From Camelus ferus (lineage: Eukaryota): a stretch of 64,000 nt of DNA. Below are positions 1 through 11,350 of this stretch, one piece after another (positions within the stretch are counted from its first letter, which is position 1; the number at the start of each line of letters is the position of its first letter). The stretch lies in assembly GCF_009834535.1 (NCBI RefSeq), contig NC_045707.1:48920001-48984000 (forward strand). The letters run 5' to 3'. Made by a program: the position numbers and the translations under genes. The notes beneath the pieces are model-generated. The model was not told where the DNA came from and did not search any database. It worked only from the letters and a program-made list of their open reading frames with translations.

Positions 1-269
1 ATATGTATAGTAATTAAGAATGACAGCCCTAGCAAACACAGATTCCATCAGCTGAAATTGTATTTGACACTATTTAAAAATTGGACAAATATCTAAACCT
101 CCCTGCATCTCAGTTTTAGTTTATAAAGTGGATATTACAGTTACTGATACATGATAAGTACTTAAAGGTGAAGTGCAATTATTATTAAAAATATGTACCT
201 ATTACCTATCAAAGGGAATAGTACAATGCATAGTCACTAAGTCTATTATCCCTCATGGATACTTTGTAA

Positions 270-1615
270 TAATAGAGTCAATCCATCTGGAAGATGTAAT
301 GCTTATAACCTTATATCCACCTAACAACAGAGCCTCAAAATTTATGAAGAATACACTGTCAGAACTGAAGGGAGAAACAGACAATTCAACAATAATAATT
401 GTATTTCTCCATACTCTCCTTTTAGTAATGGATAGAACAACTAGTCATAAGATCAACTAGGAAACAGAAGACTTGAACAACGCTATACACAAACTACACC
501 CTAACAGTCATCTACAGAACATTCAACCCAACAACAGCAAAATACGCATCCTTCTCAAGTGTACAAGGAACATCTCCAGGATATACGATATACTGCGCCA
601 CAAAACAGGCCTCAACAAATTGAAAAGAATTGAATTCATACAAAATATTTTTCTGATTACAATGAAATGAAAATAGAAATCAACAACAAAGAAAATGAGA
701 AATTCACAAATATGTGGATATTAGACAACACTTTACTTAATAAGCAATGGGTCAGAGTAGAACTCTAATAAATTAGTTCAGCAATGTAACAGGTTAATCA
801 ACATATAAATATTAATTGTATATGTATAGATTAGAAATTAAAAACCTGCAAATAAAATTCAGAAAACAATCTTATATATAATAGTCACAAAACTTAAAAA
901 CTTTCTAAGAATAATATTAACAAAAGAAGTATAAAATTTGTATACTGAAAACCACAACATAGTGTGGAAAGACTTCTGTACAGCAAAGGAAATAATCACC
1001 AGAGAGAAGAGATAACCTATGGAATGGGAGAACATTTTTGCAAATCATATACTTGATAAGGGGTTGATATCCAAAATATACAGAACTCAAACGACTCAAT
1101 AGGAAAAAACAAATAAGCTAATTAAAATATTGGCAAAGAAGCTGAAAAGACATTTCTCAAAAAAAGACATACAAATGGCCAACAGGTATGTGAAAAGGAG
1201 CTCAATACAACTAATTATCAGGGAAATACAAGTCAAAACAACACTGAGATGTCACTATACATCTGTTAAAATGCTTATTATCAAAAAGCCCAAAGATAAG
1301 TGTTGGCAAAAATGTGGAGAAAAGGGAACCTTTGTACGCTCTTGGTGGAAATGTAAGGTGGTGCAGTTATGGAAACGGTATGCAGATTTTTCAAAAAAAT
1401 TAAAAACAGAAATACCATGTGATCCAGCAGCTTCACTTTTGGGTATATGTCCAAGGGAAATGAAACAAGTATCTTGAAGTTATCTGCATTCCCATGTTCA
1501 TGGTAGCATTATTCACAACAGTCAAGATATGGAAACAACCTAAGTATCTGTCAATGGATGAATGGATAAAGAAATTGTTGTGTATATATATACCACAGAA
1601 TATTATTAAGACTAT
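270..1615 (+). mobile_element. Old fragmented L1 (ORF2 endonuclease-region and 3' ORF2 fragments) in the last EPYC intron
   Basis: Degenerate ORF2-like translations YPPNNRASKFMKNTLSELKGETDNSTII and KRHFSKKDIQMANRYVKRSS...PCDPA, with many stops and frameshifts. Confidence 0.85.
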
Positions 1616-1629
1616 ACACTAGCAATGAA

Positions 1630-2375
1630 CTAAATCACAATGGGATACCACTTCACACCCCCTTGGATGGCTAAAATAAGACAGACAGAAAATTACAAGT
1701 GTTGCTTAGGATACAGAGAAAATTAGAGCCCTCGTAGATTGTTGGCAGAAGTGTTAAATGGCCCAGCTATTTGGGAAAACAGTTTGATACTTTCTCAGAA
1801 TGTTAAACATGGAGTTACCATATGACCCAGCAGTTCAACTCCTAGGTATATATGCAAGAGAACTGAAAACATTATGTCCACACAAAATTTGTTCACACAT
1901 GTTCACAGAAGCATTATTCATGAGAGCCAAAAAGTGGAAGCAATCTAAATTCCCGTTATCTGATGAATGGATAAACAAAAATGTGGTAGATCCATGGAAT
2001 GGAATATTATTGAGTGATAAAGGAAAAAAAGAATGCATGCTATAACATGTATGAACCTTGAAAATGCAATTCCACAGGGAAGAACCCCGTCACAAATGAT
2101 GATAAATTGAATGATTCTCTTTGTGAAACGTCTAGAATAGGAAACTCCATAGAAACAGAAAATAGTTTAGAAGCTGTCAGGGGATAAGGTTGGGGAAAAT
2201 GAGGAGTTATTGCTAATATTTATGGGGTTTCTTTGGGGGATGTTTAAAATGCTCTGAAATTAAACTATGATGATGTTTATACAAGTCTCTGAATATACTG
2301 AAAACCACTGAGCTATACATTTAAAATCGGTGAATTTTATAGTATGTGAAATATATTCAATAAAGCTATTTTTAA
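1630..2375 (+). mobile_element. Second old L1 3' end (ORF2 tail and 3'UTR, L1M type)
   Basis: MLNMELPYDPAVQLLGIYARELKT...WKQSK; L1M-type 3'UTR ending in caataaagctatttttaaaaa. Confidence 0.85.
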
Positions 2376-2926
2376 AAATCTAGTTCTGGGCCCTCCCCAG
2401 ATCTGTATCTTCCTGATATTTGCACACCCTCTCCCTCACTTCACTTCAGCCATGTTGACTTTTTTTCCTATTCTCGAACTTTCCATGCTAGTTACTTGGA
2501 ATTTGAACTTGGTGTTCTGCCTGGGATATTCTTACCTTGGCTCTTTCCAGGCCCATGCCCCCTTGTCATTCCATTCTCAGCTCCATTGCTATTGCTTACG
2601 ATAACTTCACAGTCACCATCCTTTCTACTTAGTTCACATTGCTTTTGGACATGACTTGTTTCCTTTACATTTGTTTTTTCACCTCCTTATCTTATATTCC
2701 CATTACTGAAGTACAAGCTCCGTAAGGGCAAGCACATGTCTCTTATGTTAACTGATTTACCCCCATTGCTTAGAAAGTGCTTGATGCATAATAATCACAT
2801 GTGTGTTTTTCGAGGAGAGAAGGAATGAACGAGTAAAAACAGAGGTGAAGCAAAATGGACTATATTATTAATTGATACTGAGAATGTTTTATCTTGTCTA
2901 ATCATTTCCTTTAATCTTTTTTTTAG

Positions 2927-3097
2927 AATAACAACATTCTGGAGATGCACGAAGATACCTTTTGCAATGTTAAAAATTTGACATATATTCGTAAGGCACT
3001 TGAGGATATTCGACTGGATGGGAACCCTATCAATCTCAGCAAAACTCCTCAAGCTTATATGTGCCTACCTCGTTTGCCTATTGGGAGTTTGGTCTAA
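2927..3097 (+). CDS. EPYC: Terminal coding exon of epiphycan (class III SLRP); upstream exons lie outside the window
   Basis: Polypyrimidine tract and acceptor tttttttag end at 2926. The exon then translates NNNILEMHEDTFCNVKNLTYIRKALEDIRLDGNPINLSKTPQAYMCLPRLPIGSLV* (TAA 3095-3097), the C-terminal LRR/two-Cys cap of epiphycan. Position next to CCER1 matches the known mammalian EPYC-CCER1 synteny. Confidence 0.96.
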   Translation, partial: NNNILEMHEDTFCNVKNLTYIRKALEDIRLDGNPINLSKTPQAYMCLPRLPIGSLV

Positions 3098-3560
3098 TTT
3101 CAGATAGCAGTTAGAGTTATGATGCCTACTATAACAAAACAGTTCTCTCTTCAAAAAGAAAACTCAGCATGGTATTTTCAAATTGTGTTCTGAAAGGTGA
3201 CATAATTACATAAAATGCAGCTAAAAGTTTTAATATATGATAGCAATTTAGTAATCTAAGAAACACCAAAAGAATCAGGAATAAATCAAAAGATGTATAG
3301 AAAGAGCAAAACTAAAAGACAGAAAATATTTCACAGATATTCTTGTAAATCACTTGTATTTGCAAATTTTAGGAATTCATATCCTATATAATTTTAAATT
3401 AATCATCTAATAAAAATTTAAAATGAACACTTTAGATGTATTGCCAAGATTTAGGTGTTTTTAATTAAACTTTTCTATTCTTTTTTTTCACTAAAGCATG
3501 TTTCTGTTTTCAAATTCATTACAGAGAATGAAAAATAAAAATATAGAAAACTAAATGGCC
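3098..3560 (+). terminator. EPYC: EPYC 3'UTR with candidate polyadenylation signals
   Basis: AATAAA at 3280-3285, 3409-3414 and 3534-3539 downstream of the stop codon. The signal actually used cannot be determined from sequence. Confidence 0.55.
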
Positions 3561-4490
3561 TTGTGGGAAAATATTTTTTATAATCACAACATGTAAATAA
3601 TCATAATAATAATACACACAGCTTCAGTTTTTGAGTGATAATATTTTATTATCTTAAAGACCTGCCAATTCTTTCTAGACATTTTCTAAACTAACTAGTT
3701 ACTTGGCATATTTCTGTGCCTGTGAAAAAAATTAAATATAGATAATGATATGAAAATCACAGTAGGGAAGAAGTTAAGGAATACCTTCTAGAGAAAGTTG
3801 ATCTTCCTGAAATATATAATAATACAGGCACATGGCTAAAAACTGAAAGATAACAAAAGAGTATAAAATGAAAGGTTTCCTTCCAGCAGCAAACCCTAAG
3901 TTACACTCCTTAGATAGTCAATGATTTCTTGCATACTTTTACCAAGTTTTCCATGAGAAATAAAAACTTGCACATGAATAACTTCCCTTCTTTTACACAA
4001 ATACATAATGGGTATGTGCTGCAAGTATATACATATCATCATTATGTATGTATCAGTACATGTAAACATAAATTTTTTTAAGTACAAAAGATAGTCAGTA
4101 TTCTGAACCTTGCCTGTTTCACTTAAAAATATTTCTTGGTGATTTTTCCCATGTCAGCACATATAGCTCTACTTACTCTGAAAACCACATATCAGTCCAT
4201 TACATGGATGCACATTGTTACAATAGGAACCAATTCTTGGACATGATACATACCAGGCATCTACTGAGGTGTTCTTCCTGTATTAATTCACAACATCCTA
4301 GGAGCTGGGGATAGTAATGAATATAGAAGTCACAGATCAGAGAGAGAGCTTAAATAACTTGCCCCAGGTTAAGGGCTGACTCCAAAGGTCTATCTTATTC
4401 CACCCCATTCTCCTGCCTCAAATACCACGGGCATGCCTTTTCCCTGTTTTGTAATACAAGAAAATGATGTACAGACTAGACACAGAAGCC

Positions 4491-4898
4491 ATTATGAACT
4501 GAATGTTTGTGTCCCTTCAAAATTCATATGTTGAAGCCCTAAACCCCACTGTGATGTGTTCGGAGATGGACCCTTTGAGAGTTCAATTAGGGTTAGATGA
4601 GGTCATAAGGTGGAGCCCTCATGATGGGATTAGTGGCCTTATAAGAAGAAAAAAAAAGAGATTACTCTGTGTGTGTGTGCGTGTGTGCATGAATGTGTGT
4701 GTGCACACCTCACACACACTAAAGAAAGCCCATGTGAGGATATGAAGAGAAATCAACCATCTACAAGCCAGGAAGAGAGTTCCCACCAGAAGTCAAATCA
4801 GCTGAGACCTTGACCTTGGACTTCCTACTGTCCAAAACTTCTATTGTTTGAGTCACCGAGTCTACAATATTTTGTTATGGTAGCCCAAGCAGACTAAT
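4491..4898 (+). mobile_element. MLT1-type (ERVL-MaLR) solo LTR with an internal (TG)n microsatellite
   Basis: 5' ttatgaactgaatgtttgtgtccc...aaattcatatgttgaagccctaa and 3' ttttgttatggtagcccaagcagactaa are typical MaLR LTR ends. Confidence 0.8.
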
Positions 4899-5090
4899 AA
4901 AGATGTCAAGCTCAGTGTTACTTTTTCAGATGTCACAGTGACTTCCAAATGGCCAAAGGCCTTTGAGATACATCTGAGGAACCATTTCTGGGGTCTAGAA
5001 TAGTCATCTAGATACCCTGGCTCCAGAAGATTAGTAGAAAGATGGATTAAGATGCTTAGGACCATGAAGGTAAAGAAGACACCCAGTGGG

Positions 5091-5330
5091 CAGAGCTGAC
5101 TTACTCATTAGGCACAAAAGGTACAGTGCCCGGGAACAGTGATAATTTTAGGAATTCTGCATATATTTTTATTTCATTTCAATAAACAGAAAACATGTTA
5201 ATAACAGTAATAGTTAAACATGCAATAGAGAATTCGGCCTGGAATATACTAGTCTTTATAGCAACAAGATATAAACTATAATTTTAATTTTTTTGTGGAG
5301 GAAAGAGCCCATAAAGTCATAACACCCTGC
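5091..5330 (+). mobile_element. Degenerate hAT-Tip100-type MITE (ORSL-like)
   Basis: cagagctgacttactcattaggcacaaaaggtacagtgcc...ggaggaaagagcccataaagtcataacaccctg resembles the recalled consensus ends. Confidence 0.45.
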
Positions 5331-6354
5331 CCACACATACTATCGATGATCTCAGATCTCCCTACAAATGGCACAGAATTTCTCTCTGTCCTCACCGCCT
5401 TCTCAGTACACCATGATTACCAAATCAGGAGGGTTGGGCAGGAATTTGTAGCCAGAAAAGGAAGGAAGGAAGGAAGGAAGGAAGATAAAATACTGGCATG
5501 AAAGTGTATCATTATGCAAAAGTTATGGGGTCAGCTGACATTCCCGCAGGCATTATGACTACCTACTCAAAAGGCTGCTTTGCAGATGTAATTCACCATA
5601 ACTCTAGAAGGACAAAGTAAATTCTATAACTTGGAAAATATGATGATAAAATTTTAGTATTTCTTTTAAGTGCTTCCTATTTAAACAGTCATTTCAAAAC
5701 ACCTCACATTCTTAATTGAAAGCTCAAATTCTAAAACTGACCCTTGATTAAACAGTCTTTTTTTAAATAACCTAACCTTTTTTCTTTATTTATTTGCTAC
5801 ATACATTTACTTTTCTCTAAATATTACAGGTTATTTTCTAAGGGGGAGGACACTACATTTTATTGCCCCATATGATAGTGTACTTCAAAACTATTCATAA
5901 GCAAACATTTCCACGTTAAAATTACTAAATAATTATTACCAAATACACATGTTTTTCAGATGACCTGACTACAATATGTTGTGTTAATCCTCTGAAAACT
6001 CTGAGTTGTTATAGGGTTAATAATATTTTCAAAGTGCGATAGCAAATAATACCTACACAGAGTACTATGAGTGCAAAATTCACATCCTTACTTCTCTTTA
6101 AGTCTGTAGCAACATTGTCCTTGTAGTTATCTCATTACAAAGTTAACATTCCTTTCATAATTTGCTTAAATAATATGAGAATTCATAAACAGAAAATATT
6201 ACAGTGGTATTCCATGATGCACAATATGCCTCACTAATCTGCAAACTAACCCACAACTTTTCAAATTATGAAGAAAAGTAATCAATAATTTTGAATCCAT
6301 TTATCTCACTTTGGAAAAAGTCAGAAAGGCTTCATACTCTATACTTAGCCTCTG

Positions 6355-6373
6355 TAACCACTAGATGGCGCCT
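6355..6373 (+). promoter_or_regulatory. CTCF motif (forward)
   Basis: TAACCACTAGATGGCGCCT matches the CTCF core CCASYAGRKGGCRS. Confidence 0.7.
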
Positions 6374-7034
6374 ACCTTTTTGGTTTTTAAATTACTTGGT
6401 GGAAAAGACAAGTTTTTGAGAATGCGTAAGATGAGTTTTATTTACATTACTTTTTGTAACCCATAGTAATGCACTGGTTACAAAGCTGAATCTAAAATAT
6501 TTGTGATATTTCATTCTTCTGACCAAATGTATCAGGTATATCCAATTTTTCTCTAAAGAATTTTATTTACAATTAGCAGAGGTTTGTTTTTCAAAAGCCA
6601 ATCGAAAAATGCTAAAATGCTAAAGTCAAACAATGTGCCCAATTCCACCACATCAGAGTAAAGAATAATTAATACTGGCAACTTGGAGTGATTTAAGTAA
6701 GGTATTTGTGATAAAATATTTTTTAAAGTATCTAACTTCACAGTTTCTTTAGTATAAGGACTTCTATGACTGAATTTTGAATGAGTTACTACTGCCATCA
6801 AGTGTTAGAATTCATACTTTTCAAGTCATCCAAATGCACAAAAGCCAACACCAAGAATGCAATGTTTTCAACTTAACAATGTAAAGCTCTGGATAACACA
6901 AAGCACAACAAAACCTATGTTGTCATATCACATTTATCAGAGTTTCAAAATGCAACAATATCATTAAAATCTCTCCAATAACAGTTGAAACTAGTTAATA
7001 TGAAGGACATATTTTGCTGAATTTACTTGAAATA

Positions 7035-7666
7035 TGTGACCTCCAATGATTTCCTGCCTCCTGGTGGTCATGCCTTTGTGTAATCCTCTCTCCTTGAGTG
7101 CTGGTAGAGACCTGGGCTTTGCTTCTAACCAATAGGACATGGCAAAGGTGATGGATGTCACAAAAATGAAGACCCATGATTATGACACACACACACACGT
7201 GTGTGTGTGTATATGTGTGCATTCATTGTGCTAGGAGGCACTAAGGAGATCCCCTTGGCTGGCTTGATGGATGAAGTGAGCCGCCATGTTGAGGAAGTCT
7301 ATGGCAGGCATCTGTGGGCAGCCCCTAGGAACCTCTGTCATTCTCTAGAACCTGCAGGTTTGCCTTAAACCTGAAGGCTTCCTACAGCCCCCATTCAGCT
7401 AAAGGGTAGGGCCCTTAGTTATACAGCCACAAGGAAGCAGATTCTGCCTATAACATGAATAATTTTGGGAGCAGATTTCCCCTAAATTGAGCTCCAGGAT
7501 GAGAACCCAAATGGCTTTGATCACAGCCTGGTGAGACCCTGAGCAGAGGACACAACTAAGTTGTTCCTGATCCCCTGACACCTGGAAACTCAGATAACAA
7601 ATCTATGTTGTTTTAAGTATCTAAGTTTGTGGGAACTCTTTTATGTAGCAATAGAAAATGAATACA
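7035..7666 (+). mobile_element. MLT1 (E/F-like) solo LTR
   Basis: cctccaatgat...catgcctttgtgtaatcctctctccttgagtg start and tgttgttttaag...agcaatagaaaatgaataca end. Confidence 0.8.
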
Positions 7667-8944
7667 ATATATAAAAACATGGTCTGTTGTATCTTAATGT
7701 TGAATCAAAATACTTTATTTTGCAGCATTTAAAGATTATGGTCAATTTTGAAAGTCTTAAAAATTTCCTAACTGCATTTCTCATGGCTGTGTTTAACATG
7801 CTGTAGTGCTAATTTTCTTAGGTGATTTACCAGTACATGAACAATCTGTATTATAATGTCAATCTATGGAAAAACTAAAAATCATAAATCGTTAATTTGC
7901 TGCTTCTCTTAAGAGGAAGAGTGTTGTTAGACAATCCTGCATTGTTTTTTAATAGAAAGAATGAATTTGAAAGATATATCTCTCACTGTGAAAAGGAATA
8001 AAGCCAGTATTATTTGTATGAAGTTTACATCAACTGATCAAAAAAATGGTCAATTATCCATGGGTTAATCTTTTGTTAAAGAAAGGAGAAATTGATGGAA
8101 ATTCCACTACAGCAACATGGTCAATTTCTAAAGCTCTCAATTAAAACTGAATATCATATACCACATATGTTCTTAGAAAAATAAATCTGGAAAACCACCA
8201 TTCCGTTAAGCAGATCAGGGAGTGAGTAACCGCCAAACATGAGTCTACATCCAAAAAGGGACACTGGGGGCTAAAAATGTCAGCATTTTGCACTTTGCGT
8301 CAAGCAGGCTTGTCTCTTCAGCAAACCACAGAGCAAACGAAAGTGAACGAAGCCTGCGGAGTCTACAGGTCCCGTGGCAAAGGCTGGAATGCTGATCCAA
8401 GAACCCCCACACTGTTCTCAATTTTCAGCTAGGAAAGCATAAACAACCTTTGCAATCATCAGGGCTTCCCCACATTTTGCTCTGTCATTTAATGGAGGCT
8501 TGTACGGACTCAGGTTCCCAGTGGGCAGTGTTCAATTTTGCACAATTCCACTCACCACAGGATGGTAGTAAAGGGATATACTCAGTGGTTTTCTGTAGGA
8601 TCAAGGCTGGTAGCACTTTCTTGATGTTTCTCAGCAGTGGATCAGCAAAAGGACACAAGGACAGGACGTCTATTTTTGCATCAGGCACAGATAGGCTTAG
8701 TTATCTTTACATATACTGTATCAACTTCTATAAAAGTCCTAAAGCACTGAATTATAATAATTATGATAGTTCACAGTTACTGAGTGCTCACAGGGTACCT
8801 ATACTATGTGTTTTAATCAATACCTTACTTAACCCCCAACACAACTCTATGGGGCAGGCACTATAACTACACGGATGGTATGTGTAAGGAACTAGGGGTT
8901 TTCCAGAGGTTAATAATTGGTAAGCTGAAACTGAAGGACCTTTT

Positions 8945-9220
8945 TTTAAAATAGATCTTGTTTTTCAGAGCAGTTTTAGATTTGTAGCAAAATTGAGCAG
9001 ACGGTACAAAGATTCCCTATATACTTTCTCCCCCTACTTATGTACAGCCTCCCTCATTATAAACATCCTTCACTAGAGTGGTATATTTAATTAAACCTTT
9101 GACACATCATTATCACCAAAAGTCCACAGTTTACATTAGGGGATCACCCTAGATGCTATACATTCTACGGATTTGGATAAATGTATAACAACATGTATCC
9201 ACCATATAGTATCATCAGGG
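8945..9220 (-). mobile_element. L1M 3'UTR fragment
   Basis: tttttcagagcagttttagatttgtagcaaaattgagcag...aaagtccacagtttacattaggg, typical antisense L1MB/MC 3' end. Confidence 0.7.
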
Positions 9221-9514
9221 TAGGCACTTGTCTGTTTAAATCATAATATTCTTAACCATATTACTTAACCATAATACTATAAAGGCTCCCAATGTCCCAT
9301 GCTGTCGGGTTAACAAAAGGACTAAAGAAAAAACAACATATTGGTACCCTAGCATTCTTAGGAACAAGTTCACTGTATACATACTGGTAATGTTTTATCA
9401 ACAGACACTTGCACGATACATTATAATTCGTAAAGTGCTTGCCCATATAGATTTCTTGTACTTATCACCATAGTCCTATTTAAGGTGTTTGGACTGTGTA
9501 GAAGAATGATCTCC

Positions 9515-9712
9515 TCGAGAATTTGGACTCTGAGATCAAACCAGGCATAGGTTTAAATACTAGTCCTGAAGTTCATGGGTCCCACGACCATGAGTAAATT
9601 AACTGCCCAGCTTCCCAAATTTTGTGATGTGGTAACAATGCCTACCTCACAGAGTAGGTGTGAGGATTACATGCCACGAGCCCACCAAAGCGCAATAAGC
9701 ACACGTAATAAA
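9515..9712. mobile_element. MIR SINE remnant
   Basis: tttggactctgagatc...ggtttaaat...gagtaaattaact...taacaatgcctacctcacagagtaggtgtgaggatta core-like sequence. Confidence 0.55.
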
Positions 9713-10028
9713 TATCTCCTGTCTCGTTTCGTGCACAATGAAAAGGTCCCAGGAGTTAAGAAGAGCTCACACTGGCCACAAGGTAAGGTGTGGGGCCCAG
9801 TTTTCTGACGCCAGGGGCTTTCTCTTTACACACACCCCTCCCAAAGGTGTAGGATATTGTTTTTCAAAACACATGTTCCCCACCCCTCAACGCCCCGCCT
9901 CGGGGTTCAGCTGAAGGTCCATTTTCTACTACCCCAGAACTCAAGGTGGCACAAATAAACTGCCTTAAGCGTTTCTTAACACAGGCAGCACAAATTCAGC
10001 CTCTGCCTTCTCTTCCTCCCTCAAAAAC

Positions 10029-10210
10029 TGCGTCACAAGGCCCCTGAGAATGTTCACGGGGCACCTCGTTCTGGGCGGAACCCGCCTCACCCCACGGGAG
10101 AACGACCTCGACTCCAATTGGCTGTCGCCCAGGGCAACCAAGGATGCGGGGGGCACGCGGGGGCTTCGGCCGGTATTTAAAGGCTGCCGCTGCCCGCGCC
10201 ACCTCAGTCC
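10029..10210 (+). promoter_or_regulatory. CCER1: Predicted CCER1 core and proximal promoter
   Basis: CRE half-site TGCGTCA 10029-10035; GC boxes GGGCGG 10073-10078 and CCCGCC 10081-10086; CCAATTGG 10114-10121; X-box-like GTCGCCCAGGGCAAC 10124-10138; TATA-like TATTTAAA 10174-10181; Inr-like TCAGTCC with A at 10206, 32 nt after the TATA start. Confidence 0.7.
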
Positions 10211-11350
10211 AGCCAGGACGGCGACGGGGAAGCACCTGGGTTGAGAGGGAGCAGCAAGGTAACGCGCACCCCCTGCCTCCCTGTCCCCAGCCCACGCCTC
10301 CACTGAGGAGGGTGTGTGTGGGGCCCGGGAGCGGGTCTCACTGCGCGTCGCCCACCAACACCTTCCTCCCCCCACCATCCTTACCCAGCCCCAGTCCCAC
10401 CCAGCCCACTTGGGCGAGGCCACCCGGGTGCGAAGAACCAGAAATTACGCTTCCGAGCGAGGAGAGAAGAGGGATCCTTCTGTAGAGAAAGGCGTGATCC
10501 TAGTGGCAGACACGTGGTGCTGCACAGAGAGACAAGGCTCCTCAGACCGTCGTCAGATCTGGCCAAACTTGACGACAGCTTCCGGGACGCTTCTGTTTAG
10601 ACCTCTTGGAGCTCTCTGAATCATGACCCAGACCCTCAACACAAGAGAGGACCCTCTTAACCTGGGTGGTGGCTGGGCATCCTCTGCCCCGTTACGCACC
10701 TGGTCTTCCTGCCACCGAAGGCGCAGGGGTGCTCCGACTTACAAGCGGCGGCAGCGCTATGGCCCCAAGGCCGAGTATGAGCCGCCAAGGAAACAGCCAA
10801 AGCAACAGCACGGCCCGGGCCCTTGGTACCACCCACCCCGACGTCCCTGTTGGGCCGTGTATTCTAACTGGGGACGCTGGGGAGGGCCTTGGTGCCCACC
10901 TCCAGCAGGATTCTGGAAGCCCCCTGGTGGGGTGCAAGTGATCCGGGTGTACGGCCTGCACCCACTCTGTCTTTGCTGCTGCTCCTGCTGGCGCGGGCCC
11001 TGGAACCCCGGCTGGGCGAGGCCTCCCAGCAGGAAGAAGCGCTGGGGCCACCGGGGCCGCGGCCTGCGCCGCCACCCTCGCCGCCCCTTTCGGAGGAGCC
11101 CGCCTGTGGATCTGAGCACGCTGCTGCGGCCGGTCAACCTGTATGGGTGGCGGGCACCCGGCATGCGGGCGCCGCGCAACACCACCCAGTTCATCATGAA
11201 CCAGATCTATGAAGACATGCGGCAGCAGGAGAAGCTGGAGCGCCAGCAGGAGGCGCTGCGGGCGCAGCAGGCCCAGGCCAGGGGCATGTCCTCCCCAGCC
11301 GGCACCTTTGGAAACGCACCCCCCAGCGGTGGTGAGGAAGACGCGGAGCT
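10060..11350. promoter_or_regulatory. CpG island over the CCER1 promoter and 5' half of the CDS
   Basis: Abrupt GC- and CpG-rich stretch in an otherwise AT-rich, CpG-depleted window. Confidence 0.85.

Noticed and set aside
2795..3052. 85-aa minus-strand ORF in the track
   Set aside because: Antisense shadow of the real EPYC exon on the + strand.
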